A stretch of DNA of 64,000 nucleotides. Origin: a virus (lineage: Duplodnaviria; Caudoviricetes). Every line of letters starts with the position of its first letter. The stretch's first letter is position 1. Under the pieces are notes generated by a model. The model was not told the DNA's origin. It did not search any database and saw only the letters and a list, made by a program, of their open reading frames with translations. The DNA is taken from positions 11,284-75,283 of the IMG/VR virus record IMGVR_UViG_3300042276_000119; one strand, given 5' to 3'. The position numbers were made by a program, and so were the translations under genes. Positions 8,901-18,226 of the stretch are shown in pieces.

Positions 8901-10976
8901 TTACGGGAGATGCTGCCTACTGAGGGTTTGGATGATGTAACAGCTGATTTTGCCGAGAACTTCTTAACCGCCACTGCACAAAACCTAGAAGCAGCTATAC
9001 AGGATTTCGGGGGCGTCTTCGGGGATGACCTGTCGGATGAACTAAAAAGTATAGTATCCACTGCGCTAGCCGACTTGAATGACTCCACTGGACTCTACGC
9101 ACAATTGATGGGTGAGTTCATCACTGAAGAAATATATGCAGCGTTTAAGCAGGGAGAAGAAAACGTCTTTCAAACCACCTCCAGGGTGGTAACCTCGTTT
9201 GAAGTTCTAGTTCAGGTGTTTGATAAGCTCGGCCTCGAACTAGAAGAAGTCGGCATGGAAGGATTCGCCTTAACCGAAAAGATGATCGAGCTTGCAGGTG
9301 ACTTTGAAACTCTGGCTGGCAATCTGGAATCCTACTACCAGAGCTTCTACAGCGAGGAAGAACGCGCCGCCAACGCGATGTCAGGATTGGTGGAATCCCT
9401 GGAGGCTCTGGGTTACGCGATACCCTTGACCAGAGAGGCGTTCAGAGCGTTGGTCACTGAGCTTGAAGCGGCCGGCAACCTTGAGGGCTTCAACACCCTG
9501 ATCGAGAACAACCAGTCCTACGCTGCTTACTACGCGCAGATGGAGCAGTGGACAGCCTCTCTGTTCGAGACATACCGTAACACCATTGGGCGCGACCCCT
9601 CTGCAATGGAGCTGTACCGGTGGCTGGATAAGCTGAAGACCGGAGAGGCCGTATTCAGCGATGTTGTTAAATCCCTCACCACAGGGCTATCAGAGGCTAC
9701 TGAACACCTGACCTGGCAGGATGTTAAAACCTTCCAGAGCGGCGCACAGGACATCTACGACGCCTACCAGTACACCTTGGAAATCGCTCAGGAAGAACAT
9801 GCCCTGACGCTGGATCGGATCAAGCAGGAAGAGAACCTGCTGAAATCCTTGCGTACTCTGATCGACAACCTGAAGCTCAGCGACATTTCCCCGCTGACGC
9901 CGGCAGAGCGACTGGCTGAGGCGCAGCGTCAGTATGCGTCTATTCTCACCGCTGTCGAAGGCGGAGACTTCTCAAGAGCCGGAGAGCTGGATTCCGCTGC
10001 TCAGGCTTACCTTGGTGAGGCATCAAGCTACTACGCCTCATCAGGTGCATACGAGAGTATTTTCAACGACGTTCTTGGTTCGCTTGAGAGCTTGGAAAAT
10101 CAGTACGGCCAAGAGACTGACTATGAGGCTCGAATTGAAGCTGCCAACAACGAGCTGCTGAACACCCAGATTCGGGCAGCTGAACTGCTGGATGCTCAGT
10201 TCAAACAACTCGCTGCAAGTGTCGGTCTCGAAGGCGATATCCTCTCAGCGATCCAGCTCCTGCCACAGGACCTGGCAACTGGCATAGGCGAAGTGGTGCA
10301 GGCTATCGCTGCTGGGCAACAGTTGAACCTGGAAGGTATTTCGTCTGAGGTTATAGCAGCCTACCAGACGGTACTTGGAAGGAACCCAGATGAACAAGGC
10401 GCCCAATACTGGCAGGGGCAGCTGGATTCCGGGGTATCCCTCGAAGAGATCGTGAAAGGGATGATCAACTCAGGAGAGTACCGTAGCGGCTCCGGTAAAT
10501 CCTATGACGGGCTGAGCCTGACAGGGGTTTCTTCCGACGTAATCAGCGCTTACGTCGACCTGCTCGGCAGGGCGCCAGATGCTCAAGGAGCTTACTACTG
10601 GCAGTCTCAGTTGGACTCTGGCACCTCCGTGCAGGAGATGCTCGCTGCATTCAAAAACTCTGCTGAGTACAAATCCAACGGCTCCCACTTCGGTGGTATC
10701 GAATCTGTACCTTACGACGGGTATAAAGCCATCCTCCATCGTGGGGAGAAGGTGGTTCCTGCTTCCCGTGCAAGGGCAGACGCTGACTCAGCCCTGGTTG
10801 CCGAGGTCCGGACGCTGCGAGAAGAAGTGTCCCGCCTGAGGTCTGACCAAGAGCGGCACACCCAAAAGATCACTTATGCCTCATACGACGCGGCAGAGCG
10901 AAGCTCCGACAAAGTAGCTGCATCGGTTAAGTCAGCCAAACCAAATACGACCAAGCACAAGGTAACTTTAAGATGA
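2910..10976 (+). CDS. tape measure protein
   Basis: 2688 aa, mostly helical or coiled-coil. Contains a TP901-type TMP core (FESQMDRV...GIKASRAGTAMR), Gly/Ala-rich hydrophobic stretches and a C-terminal VPYDGYKAILHRGEKV motif. Confidence 0.95.
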   Translation: MAFTLDIALAGQQSVERAIEQIGGKLKKAGQEATSLSFAAEKAVKVIGTDYAKAAATAGAATGTLNAGLEAESKLLQKTWQETQRYNNVLKDQQKLQQLVHKSSKDYSTALEQQIMQMNHAGMRTAYLREAEMKLAEQHRKLQAEASLFNTTMAQTVRGMEAQLKAAKATEESDRKRAQRVKDLTAELKHLSTQEGKDALLLEHKIKLTKEAALAETKRKERIGALRSELRYLASEEGKKAESLALQVKRSKEAAVAEETRKNRVKDLRAEIRYLNSEEGKLQTSLEAQAKRTKEQSQLEEKRANRLKDLRAEIRYLNSEEGKLQTSLEAQAKRTKEQSQLEETRKNRVKDLRAEIRYLNSEEGKLQTSLETQAKRTKEQSQLEERRKNRIKDLRSEIKYLNSEEGKLQTSLEAQAKRTKEQSQLEERRKNRIKDLRSEIKYLNSEEGKRKAVMEQQLRGQRELVVEEEKRRQTLKKLKSELDYLKTADGKRQELMKSELALQRQLIQQGAKQNAELRSSENALKRYNSEKQRSIELARLELSEKKKADKAWAEEQLGIKRTTTAFDSHNASIKRLREEIKFLQSAQGKEFLELERQRRLLKQTRDELVNAGTATDRFRRSITQLTTSLNLSNQATAGFRAGLSGLGASFGMFTSSTILVASAIYGTTAALRESITAGAQFESQMDRVNAILDSTGNSSVILEDHVRNLAKETIFTAREVSDGLMYLGMAGLDAEQAIEALEPSLRLASIGMLDMGTTADIVTNIMVGMGLEASQIGGIVDDMATAITSSNMDVRQLGNAMSYVAPLAREADISLQEITASLEVLHNTGIKASRAGTAMRTSMLALLAPTAEAMEVLQRYGIRVDDTSGRMRNWTDLLTEMADAQMTLSDIEAIVGKRQAAGLKAMVDSAKATEAAAEKAKKLGLEVGKTASELKVLTQQLHENAGAAKVMQGVMEDNLTGDWLKFLSAAEDKYIEFYDLNKEELRFLVQRATDFVKAFDVTQVDTFFRTLLSYLDETIELLAAMKAASVTSAMGSSIGAVVGGIAGGIVTRTSVGVAAGAQIGASAGHFLGGVAGGVTAAYQTDKGLDSLAESIYGPAGGMNREELALANRVARYRDLAVDELLKTYDALEASAEINSRALIEAREARDTALAIGDQDKASELLELIDQLTRKTKELELQLRAAGVAREESGLFGSRAELENELALVDSQIQIEVAQVGIKREAALRNTKGAPEWVQQFELKGAEEDLVALMERRALLQQNLNAYKATEVETEERLQRETGETVNNAEKVYQSYLKQNAEIRGQVSDQEKLNAIRQQYAEKSKEMETARTTSLLDTKTLKKELLKLSEEEVRLTEKIRQANVKITEDSRRANEQAFKRMVSAKQEAEAVRDQYAAIEYRNEAYENGVLLLDDENYERERAIRLQEEEIENAERNLQLRIDEGKITEEGIASLRKEIGYHKDKLGYLKQQKVEISGARRFAEQQAQSLSQMYSTIESETVGLLERGFKDTESFFDSIVGSFKRMLAELAYQAAIKPIIVNMVASVGGMMGMGPAANKWAADQGVTVGGGMGNLVDMGKNAWNFWKGGGQADVSWFNDFATSGMGQSLGLSTAGTTTIATALPGGGQALSSALPGVEGALMSPVAPPAGSFQAISGGSQVVSSTAPVMSEGASLFSQGLSYSPWGAVGGLAGSALGVEGSGNMWIDTAMTTGGSILGSMAGISIATAMASGAGGAAAGASAGSVAGPIGAAIGAVIGLALGGVFGGKPSNKEGRATYDLSTMEVEIGGQTGKKFSQENRDSAEALSELIATNIIPSLEQLGDTDISGQFIVGVGNRDPMRFSYREPGSERTGKNWDYGYGRDNSQGHSYYDAVSGNTRDPETYIDNVTKFFAGTIAGIPLGVYDALKKADEGYIDTIRRVELGAELFKNAGDQFSLITPDVSAWVPETGVENGPDEVIARLSDNSSRGDTLAGLGGVMFDEVIARLSDNSSRGNILAVLREMLPTEGLDDVTADFAENFLTATAQNLEAAIQDFGGVFGDDLSDELKSIVSTALADLNDSTGLYAQLMGEFITEEIYAAFKQGEENVFQTTSRVVTSFEVLVQVFDKLGLELEEVGMEGFALTEKMIELAGDFETLAGNLESYYQSFYSEEERAANAMSGLVESLEALGYAIPLTREAFRALVTELEAAGNLEGFNTLIENNQSYAAYYAQMEQWTASLFETYRNTIGRDPSAMELYRWLDKLKTGEAVFSDVVKSLTTGLSEATEHLTWQDVKTFQSGAQDIYDAYQYTLEIAQEEHALTLDRIKQEENLLKSLRTLIDNLKLSDISPLTPAERLAEAQRQYASILTAVEGGDFSRAGELDSAAQAYLGEASSYYASSGAYESIFNDVLGSLESLENQYGQETDYEARIEAANNELLNTQIRAAELLDAQFKQLAASVGLEGDILSAIQLLPQDLATGIGEVVQAIAAGQQLNLEGISSEVIAAYQTVLGRNPDEQGAQYWQGQLDSGVSLEEIVKGMINSGEYRSGSGKSYDGLSLTGVSSDVISAYVDLLGRAPDAQGAYYWQSQLDSGTSVQEMLAAFKNSAEYKSNGSHFGGIESVPYDGYKAILHRGEKVVPASRARADADSALVAEVRTLREEVSRLRSDQERHTQKITYASYDAAERSSDKVAASVKSAKPNTTKHKVTLR
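3681..4255 (+). repeat. 126-bp (42-aa) near-perfect tandem repeat, about 4.5 copies, inside TMP
   Basis: Units start at 3681, 3807, 3933, 4059 and 4185. Degenerate copies flank them. Confidence 0.95.
8768..8915 (+). repeat. 75-bp tandem duplication inside TMP (DEVIARLSDNSSRG x2)
   Basis: TGACGAAGTTATAGCCAGATTAAGCGACAA at 8768 and 8843. Confidence 0.9.
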
Positions 10977-12427
10977 TCTACCCAGAACTGACCGACTGGA
11001 TAATGTCAGATGACGCGCTACCAACCCTGCTGGTGGAGGTGACTGTTACTGCCCAGCAGGGGTTAGATAAAACTCTGTACCTCTCCACCAGCGGGTATGT
11101 AACTCGGCCAACTGATTCGCCAGCATCTGAAGTATATATACCCTGCATCAACAGAATCGGTAGTGTTAAGGAGACTCTTTCCCTTACCGGAACTCCGGCC
11201 TTAACCGCTGGAGATATAGAACTTAACAATAGTGAGCTGGATTTGGACCCGTGGCTGGACTACGTATGGAGCAACCGTGACATCAACGTCTATCTTGGGG
11301 ATGTGTCATGGCCACGGGCACAATTCAAACTCGTGTTCTCGGGAGTAGTGGACGACCTCAGCGTAAGGGACCGGTACACACTCAATATAGAGCTGAGAAG
11401 CTCACTTGACAGACTGAACTACCCGCTCAGTTCTGAATCCCTTGAGGACGGCACCCCTATACCTCTAGCGTTTGGGGAAGTCAGCAACGTCACACCCGTA
11501 CTAAAAGACGCATCTACCTTGCTGTACAAAGTGCATACCAGAGCAATCGGCGGCATAGCCGAGGTCAGGGACTCAGGAGTTCCGGTAGGCTTCACTGTGT
11601 CGGAAACAGACAGCTCCGAGTTCACGCTGAATAACCAGCCGTTTGGCACAATCACCTGCACTGTGCACGGCGACGCTGACCCTGTTTATGTCGACGACGC
11701 CGCCTCGCTGATACAGCGTATTGCCACTCAATTCGGCAACCCTTCAACGAGGCTACAGGAGAGTGACATTGACGCCTCTGCAATGAGCGGGTTCAGTGCT
11801 ACGCACCCACAATGCGTTGGCCTGTATGCTTCAGGCACTGACAACACGCTTTCAGTCATGCAGGAACTCGCTGCAAGTCTAGGTGCAGGGGTGTTGGTCG
11901 ATAAGTTCGGTAAACTGTCTATCTCCAGCTTGAACGACCCAACTGGCAACCCTGTTATGACGGTGACTGACTTCGACATTGAAGAAGGGTCTTTCTACCG
12001 AAGCGATAGGCTAAAGCCGATGCCAGCCAGGAAACTGGCGTTCAACCAAAATCATACTCCGCAAACCGATACCGCAGCAGGTATCCCTGAAGCCCACAGA
12101 AAAGAATGGGCAGAGGAATGGAAGTATGTAACCGCCAAGAACGACACCGCTGCCGAGTTATTCAGAATATCCGATCCACCGGAGGCGGAGGCTACCAACC
12201 TGCAGGTTCACACCGATGCCCAAGCAGAAGTCACTCGCCGGCTTTCCATGTTCGACAGACAGAGGTATATCGCTGAATTTGAGGGGCTTAGAAAACTCCT
12301 ATTGGTCGAGGTAGGTGACGAAATCCTGCTGGAGTTTAGTGAACTTGAAACGCCGATACCTTGTGTGGTCGTGTCCACGGAACCTGACTGGGTAGAGATG
12401 ACAACTAAAATGGAGGTACTGCTGTGA
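10973..12427 (+). CDS. tail tip / baseplate hub-like structural protein
   Basis: 484 aa, overlaps the TMP stop (ATGA). Has an IPLAFGEVSNVTP motif common in phage tail-tip proteins. Confidence 0.65.
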   Translation: MIYPELTDWIMSDDALPTLLVEVTVTAQQGLDKTLYLSTSGYVTRPTDSPASEVYIPCINRIGSVKETLSLTGTPALTAGDIELNNSELDLDPWLDYVWSNRDINVYLGDVSWPRAQFKLVFSGVVDDLSVRDRYTLNIELRSSLDRLNYPLSSESLEDGTPIPLAFGEVSNVTPVLKDASTLLYKVHTRAIGGIAEVRDSGVPVGFTVSETDSSEFTLNNQPFGTITCTVHGDADPVYVDDAASLIQRIATQFGNPSTRLQESDIDASAMSGFSATHPQCVGLYASGTDNTLSVMQELAASLGAGVLVDKFGKLSISSLNDPTGNPVMTVTDFDIEEGSFYRSDRLKPMPARKLAFNQNHTPQTDTAAGIPEAHRKEWAEEWKYVTAKNDTAAELFRISDPPEAEATNLQVHTDAQAEVTRRLSMFDRQRYIAEFEGLRKLLLVEVGDEILLEFSELETPIPCVVVSTEPDWVEMTTKMEVLL

Positions 12428-15400
12428 CACTGCCAGTTAAGAATACACGCGGCTCAACGGTTATTGGGTCACAGGTTCGCCTGCTTCCGGTTGGACTTCC
12501 AGATAATGTGGTGCTGCCTGGGCTGAAACGCCTCGAATTGCACTCTGACCATCAGTTCTTCAGGTTCGATCAGTATGGTCAGTTCATACCGTTTGGGTTC
12601 GACGAGGTGACAGGAGACCCGCTGCCAGGGGTTATCAACGTAACTGCTGAACTTATAGCGATCACGGGTGACGCGGTGTTCACCTGTAGCGACCCAAACA
12701 TCACACTGGCCCCGATTTTGGACGAGAGTGTGGAGGTGGAGCCAAAACCGCAAATCGGGGTACAGGTTCAACTCTCTGACGTAGAAGCCGGGCCGTTGGT
12801 GATCACCTGCACGGTAGAGGACACCTCTACGTTCAAGTCAGCCCCTGACGCAGAGAACGAAGTGTTCACTGCATCGGTTGAGGTAAGCGCCCTGCGAGAT
12901 GGCAGGGCGCCGTTCTCTGTGCGAATCAATGAAGGGCAGGGCACCACAGTGTACCCGTCATCCGGCGTAGGCAGCGCACTCGCTCCATTGGAGTTCTCTG
13001 CTGAAGTCACTGGCCTTAGCCCTAGTGTAACCGTCTACTACGCCTGGTACGTAGACGGGGCCCTAATGCAACATACCGAGTCAGAAACCCTGCAAGTGCC
13101 CACCCCTGAGAACTCCCAAGACTTCCCCTCGTCAGTGTCTGTGGAAATCCGGCAAGGGGCTCTTGATGGAGAGGTTCTGGGCTCGGACACAGCGTATCTG
13201 TCCAAAGTGGTCGCTGCTTCGTCCGGGATCACTGTAGCAATGAGCAATGAGTCTCATACAGTGCCCTTCAGTGGTGGGGTTGCGGACTACACTGGCTCTG
13301 GCACTACCATTGAAGTGTGGGAAGGCTCTGTAAAGCTATCAACTGGCTCAGGGGCCGGCACCTTCAACGTAGTCGCCACAGGCTCTGGACTCACCGTAGG
13401 GGCCAAAACAACAACCGCTGATGCTATCACCTACGGTGACCACTCTGCGCTCTCAGGGGCGCGTGGGGAGGCATTGTACGACATCACGGTTACTCGTCTC
13501 GATGGCAGTCAACTGTTTCTCTCTCGGAAACAGTCCATCACTGCTGCTACCCAGGGCGAGACCCCTAAAACTGCTTCACTGTCAGGTACCAGGACGGCAG
13601 GCGTCTACCAGCCAGACGGCACTCAGCCGGACCCCAGGTATATCACCTTCACGGCGGCGGCTACCGGGGTCTCTGGCACGGTGTATTACCGTTGGCTGGT
13701 AAATGGGTCACAGGTAGCTCACTCCACATCCAGCTCTCGCTCTGTGTCTCTGCCTTCCACCAAAACATCAGACAGCTTCACTGTAAAAGTGGAGGTCAGA
13801 GAAGGCAGCTCCTCAAATCCAGTAGTAGCTACTGACACTATAACAGTGCCACTGTTAAAGGACGGGGTTGATGGAGTAGGGTCTGATGGAACTGATGGTA
13901 CAGACGGGTCTGACGGTATCTCTGTAGCGCTGAGCAACGAGGCACATGTCCTGCCAACAACTGCAGCAGGTGTTGTTGACTACGTTGGCTCCGGCACCGA
14001 CATCAGGGTATGGGAGGGATCTACCCCTCTAGTTTATGCAACCTCCGGTGCAGGTACTTTCTCTGTCACAGTCTCTGACACCAACGTGAATGTCGGCAGT
14101 GCGTCCACGGTGTCAAGCGTCATTCGGCGGTATGCAAACTGCTACAACATGACGGCGGATCGGGCGGTAGTCACATTCACTATCGCTGTCAGACCCTCTA
14201 CTGGCGGCACTTTATCCTTCACCAGGTATCAGTCGCTTGCGAAGTCTACAGCGGGTAAGAGTGCCACAGTGACCAATAACGGGAACGGGACCTACACCCT
14301 CACTGACGGTAGTGGTAACAGTGTGCTCATCAGCGATGGTGATCCAGGTACTCCGGCGCCTATACCAACGGTCACTGACAACGGCGATGGCACCTACACT
14401 ATTTCAAACGGCGCTGGGCAGACAGTTGTCCTAAGGGAACCAGTGAAGGGGGTGGACTACTTCGACGGCAACGATGGGTCGTTTAAGAGCTTCATCTTCA
14501 GAAAGTCAGCAACCAAACCAGCAACGCCCACTGGAGGGTCTTTCAACGGTTCAACGGAGTCCATACCTACCGGTTGGTACGACACCGCTGCGGGCACTGG
14601 CTATACGGAGAGCGACACCGTATGGGTGTCTGAGCGCAGGTACACTCACAACGGTACCTCCTGGACTTATTCAGCCTGGTCTTCCCCGGCTGAGTTCTAC
14701 AAGAAAGGCGCAACCGGCGATAAGGGAGACACCGGCGATAAGGGAGACGCCGGGGACAAAGGAGACACAGGACCTAGAACGGCGTCGTTCTTGATCTACT
14801 ACCAGTCATCTGCGGCATCAGCACCTGCCGCGCCTTCTGTCAGCAGTGCGTCTTACAATTTCGCTACCGGTGTCCTGAGCGGAGTTTCCACTTCTTGGAA
14901 GACAACGCCTCCGGTGTTCCAAGCTGGTAACAGCAACAAATACTGGTACACCAATATCACTGTCACTGAGGCTACATACCAAGGCTCACAAGGGTTCCAA
15001 ATCGGCACCGTTAAACAGGGCATAGGCTTCTCTGGTCTGGTCACCTTCTCAGGGGAAACCCTGACGAACGGTACATCTTCGTTTACCTACACCCAGATCG
15101 ACGGTGGGTGGATCAAGACCGGGACGTTGGATGCTTCCCAAGTCAACGTGGTGAATTTGAACGCTGACAACCTGACCGCTGGCACCTTAACTGGCAGGAC
15201 GATAAGAACCTCTGCAACCGGCATGAGGTATCAGATAGATAGCTCAGACCACACGGCAAAATTCTACGACGCGTCCAACAGGGTGGTTTTCCATTCCGGG
15301 GCAGGGTATGAGCCCGCTGGAGCCAACTGGTTGAACAATGTCTCATTGGCCAGGGGGGACTATGTTGGTGGCGCAGGGGTTATAGGTATTGGCGGCAAAT

Positions 15401-15936
15401 ACGGACAACTGCCCCTTCCTGGGCTTATGGGAAAGTATGGTGGGTTTCCAACCACGATAACCCAAATTAGCAACGGAAGTGAGGTAGGTGTAACAGGTTT
15501 GGCCGAGGGCAGTGTTCAGGTAGGTGTAATGGGTCAGGCACGTTCCGGTGGCACGGGGATGTTCGCCTACGCATACGACTCTGGCTCTACACCTTTAAGG
15601 GTTGATGGCCCTGAAGGCGGAGCTTACGTAGACGGTGGCGACAACGGCACCTTGATCATCAGGGGTTGGTCAACCCAAAATAGGCGAATGACTCTGGTCA
15701 CCAACATTGATACCCCTACCGACTATCCCGTAGGCGGAGTTGTGTTGGCCATGCACCAGAATTTTGGCACAGCATATTCCTATGGAGATGCTATAGCTGG
15801 CAGCTACCTTAACCCTGCTAATGTAGGGGGCGCTCCAGGCGCACCACTGTCTGGAACTTACAGGTGCCTTGGTCACGCCTTAGCTGACGAGGTACCTTTT
15901 GAAGGTAGAATTACTTTGTGGGTGAGAGTTTTATGA
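12424..15936 (+). CDS. tail fibre / host-specificity protein
   Basis: 1170 aa, Ser/Thr/Gly-rich. Has duplicated SNEsH..P...DY.GSGT.I.VWEG modules, NGDGTYT repeats, a collagen-like GDKGDT run near 14710-14770 and a fibre-type C-terminus (PVGGVVLA...LSGTYRCLG...LWVRV). Confidence 0.8.
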   Translation: MTLPVKNTRGSTVIGSQVRLLPVGLPDNVVLPGLKRLELHSDHQFFRFDQYGQFIPFGFDEVTGDPLPGVINVTAELIAITGDAVFTCSDPNITLAPILDESVEVEPKPQIGVQVQLSDVEAGPLVITCTVEDTSTFKSAPDAENEVFTASVEVSALRDGRAPFSVRINEGQGTTVYPSSGVGSALAPLEFSAEVTGLSPSVTVYYAWYVDGALMQHTESETLQVPTPENSQDFPSSVSVEIRQGALDGEVLGSDTAYLSKVVAASSGITVAMSNESHTVPFSGGVADYTGSGTTIEVWEGSVKLSTGSGAGTFNVVATGSGLTVGAKTTTADAITYGDHSALSGARGEALYDITVTRLDGSQLFLSRKQSITAATQGETPKTASLSGTRTAGVYQPDGTQPDPRYITFTAAATGVSGTVYYRWLVNGSQVAHSTSSSRSVSLPSTKTSDSFTVKVEVREGSSSNPVVATDTITVPLLKDGVDGVGSDGTDGTDGSDGISVALSNEAHVLPTTAAGVVDYVGSGTDIRVWEGSTPLVYATSGAGTFSVTVSDTNVNVGSASTVSSVIRRYANCYNMTADRAVVTFTIAVRPSTGGTLSFTRYQSLAKSTAGKSATVTNNGNGTYTLTDGSGNSVLISDGDPGTPAPIPTVTDNGDGTYTISNGAGQTVVLREPVKGVDYFDGNDGSFKSFIFRKSATKPATPTGGSFNGSTESIPTGWYDTAAGTGYTESDTVWVSERRYTHNGTSWTYSAWSSPAEFYKKGATGDKGDTGDKGDAGDKGDTGPRTASFLIYYQSSAASAPAAPSVSSASYNFATGVLSGVSTSWKTTPPVFQAGNSNKYWYTNITVTEATYQGSQGFQIGTVKQGIGFSGLVTFSGETLTNGTSSFTYTQIDGGWIKTGTLDASQVNVVNLNADNLTAGTLTGRTIRTSATGMRYQIDSSDHTAKFYDASNRVVFHSGAGYEPAGANWLNNVSLARGDYVGGAGVIGIGGKYGQLPLPGLMGKYGGFPTTITQISNGSEVGVTGLAEGSVQVGVMGQARSGGTGMFAYAYDSGSTPLRVDGPEGGAYVDGGDNGTLIIRGWSTQNRRMTLVTNIDTPTDYPVGGVVLAMHQNFGTAYSYGDAIAGSYLNPANVGGAPGAPLSGTYRCLGHALADEVPFEGRITLWVRVL

Positions 15937-16439
15937 AAGGTTACAGAAATCCAGAAAGTTGGAATTTGTCGGAGTTCATCAACTGCGAACTATGGACTGG
16001 GGACGTGGACAGCTACGGAGACCCAACTGGTGCAGGGGAATGGGTGCCTTTTACACTGACACCTGACCACAACGACTTCCATTCAGTGGCTTCTATGGAG
16101 GTTAAGACGATAGCGCCACCACGGGACTTGGCAGGAGAGCTTTCAGCCGCCCTGCGCCGGGGGGCTCCGTGGTCAGGGCTAAGGCTGGAGGCGTTTGACC
16201 CAGATTCCAGGCAACGACTGATGGCGGCTGCCCAGCGGTGGACTGCTGTTGGCACCCTCCCTATGGCGGCTTCGGAGTTTAGTTATCCAACCGCGAATGG
16301 CGCAACGGCACTGATTCAGGGGAAGGACATTATGGAGGCCAGTCTTGCGGTGCAGGACTACGCTGAGAGCTGTTATGCCAGGTACAAAGAGTTGGCTGAG
16401 GACCCTACAGGTGACGTGCGCTACGGGTGGCCAGAATGA
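15933..16439 (+). CDS. putative tail fibre assembly chaperone
   Basis: ATG overlaps the fibre stop. Has INCE...EWVPFT and a C-terminal GWP typical of fibre chaperones. Confidence 0.55.
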   Translation: MKGYRNPESWNLSEFINCELWTGDVDSYGDPTGAGEWVPFTLTPDHNDFHSVASMEVKTIAPPRDLAGELSAALRRGAPWSGLRLEAFDPDSRQRLMAAAQRWTAVGTLPMAASEFSYPTANGATALIQGKDIMEASLAVQDYAESCYARYKELAEDPTGDVRYGWPE

Positions 16440-16501
16440 CCTTTGTGGGTGACTTTGCTCATGTGTTAATGTACATTTGCACATTATGAGAGGACTGTGC
16501 A

Positions 16502-17332
16502 ATGCGCCTTGTATATGACAATTTGGCCGATTCAGCGACCCTAAGCGCAAGCAGCGTTTCTGGGTCGCTGGTGGTGGACAATATGAAGAACAACTACCGG
16601 GCGAAAGTCTGGAGGTCTACTGGCACGTCCGCCGTACTCACCGCTGTGTTCTCGGCTCCACAATTTGTCAGCATGGTTTCAATGCCATTTTGTAATCTGA
16701 CATCCACAAGCTACATGCGAGTGAAGCTCTTTTCAGACGCTGCTGGAACTACTGCCGTGTACGACTCAGGCAACGTGCTTGCCGTCCCTCCCGCCTCATT
16801 CGGAAATTTTGGCTGGGGCTCTGAGCCTCTTGGGGTAAACCACTACACGTATTCTGGTGTAGGTGTGTACGCCACGCATTGGGTTACGGCAGGGCATGTC
16901 ACATGCCGACGAGTTGAGATTTCGATCACCGACAGTCAGAACTCTTCAGGTTACATTGAAGCGTCAAGGCTGGTGATCGGAAGCCACTGGTCACCAGAAG
17001 TCACTGCTGATGTTGGGGTACAGCTGGGGTTTGATGACCGCAGCTCGCATTCAAAAACACAGTCTGGGGACACTCGCACCACCCTGAGACCTCGGAAGAA
17101 AACGCTGAATTTCAACCTTGGGTCGCTTACCGATCAGGAGGGGGCAAAGGTGTTCGGCATCCTGAACGGCATACCGCTAGGAAAACTCCTGTTTGTCAGC
17201 CTATTTCCAGAGAATCAGGACTCTGGAAAAGAGCAGGCTTACCAGATGTTCGGGCGCAGAAGTAAAGTCTCTGCAGTGGTGTTAGCGCAGTTCAATGCAG
17301 CGTCTCATGCTTTTGCCTTGGAGGAGATATGA
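16502..17332 (+). CDS. minor tail protein (distal tail-like)
   Basis: 276 aa with YDNLAD.ATL and GYIEASRLVIG motifs seen in siphovirus tail-tip partners. Confidence 0.55.
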   Translation: MRLVYDNLADSATLSASSVSGSLVVDNMKNNYRAKVWRSTGTSAVLTAVFSAPQFVSMVSMPFCNLTSTSYMRVKLFSDAAGTTAVYDSGNVLAVPPASFGNFGWGSEPLGVNHYTYSGVGVYATHWVTAGHVTCRRVEISITDSQNSSGYIEASRLVIGSHWSPEVTADVGVQLGFDDRSSHSKTQSGDTRTTLRPRKKTLNFNLGSLTDQEGAKVFGILNGIPLGKLLFVSLFPENQDSGKEQAYQMFGRRSKVSAVVLAQFNAASHAFALEEI

Positions 17333-17544
17333 TCCAGAAACTATTTGCCCCGGAAGACAAGGACTACATAGACAAACTGAACCAGTTGTACACGGCATTT
17401 CTCGCTACAGGTTCTGAGGACATTGCACCAAAAGTCAGTGCCGACCCGAATAATCGTGCAGTTCTTGGCTCTGACAACGGGGTGTATGTATCAGATGACC
17501 TAAACCCTGACCCTCTCGCTTATTACATACTGGCCAGGAGTTAA
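17329..17544 (+). CDS. small virion/fibre-associated protein
   Basis: GGAGG RBS, coupled to the previous stop. Confidence 0.6.
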   Translation: MIQKLFAPEDKDYIDKLNQLYTAFLATGSEDIAPKVSADPNNRAVLGSDNGVYVSDDLNPDPLAYYILARS

Positions 17545-17546
17545 GT

Positions 17547-18047
17547 ATGTCCTTAGAAACAAAATTGGTATCGCTGGCTCAGGCAGTTGGTGCTGACGTA
17601 AAGCTGCTGACGGACAGGCAAGGTTCTCTCACTGCCCTGTCAACTACCGACAAGACCAGCCTTGTGGGCGCCATCAATGAAATTTTCTCTGCGTTAGGCA
17701 GCTCAGGGGCTCAGATAGACGACAACGCTGGAGACGGGGCCGTTCTCGTAACTTGGTCAGCCAACCGCATCTATGACGCAATCGAAGCCGCCAAAGCCGC
17801 AGTTAAGAATGAGCTTACCAACGGCGCCTCTGCAGCGTTGGACACACTTGCGGAGTTCGAGGCAGCGATAGGCAACGACCCTAATTTCGCTGCTACGATT
17901 TCCACTCAGATTGCAAACCGGGTTCGTTTTGACTCAGCACAAACCCTAACCGCAGCGCAACAACTGCAGGCGTGTACAAATATTGGGGTTGGCAACCCTG
18001 ACGTTGACCTCGCCAACGCCTACACCTCTGCGAGGGATTCGGTTTGA
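17547..18047 (+). CDS. fibre-associated structural protein
   Basis: LSTTDKTSLVGAINE and ALDTLAE...NDPNFA motifs typical of phage fibres. AGGAG RBS. Confidence 0.7.
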   Translation: MSLETKLVSLAQAVGADVKLLTDRQGSLTALSTTDKTSLVGAINEIFSALGSSGAQIDDNAGDGAVLVTWSANRIYDAIEAAKAAVKNELTNGASAALDTLAEFEAAIGNDPNFAATISTQIANRVRFDSAQTLTAAQQLQACTNIGVGNPDVDLANAYTSARDSV

Positions 18048-18226
18048 GCACTAAACTAGAGCAGAGGCTTCTGGAATTGGCGCAGGTAATCGGCGCTGAT
18101 GTTAAGGGACTAAAGGCGTCCCTCGCAGCAGGCACAGGATCAACCTCATCCAGAGTAGACGGCGGAAGAGCCGACACGGTGTACACGAGCGGCCAGGTGT
18201 TTGACGGCGGAGGTGCAAATGGCTGA
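18044..18226 (+). CDS. small fibre-associated protein
   Basis: N-terminus (LAQVIGADVK) resembles that of 17547..18047 (LAQAVGADVK). C-terminal DGG motifs. Confidence 0.55.
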   Translation: MSTKLEQRLLELAQVIGADVKGLKASLAAGTGSTSSRVDGGRADTVYTSGQVFDGGGANG

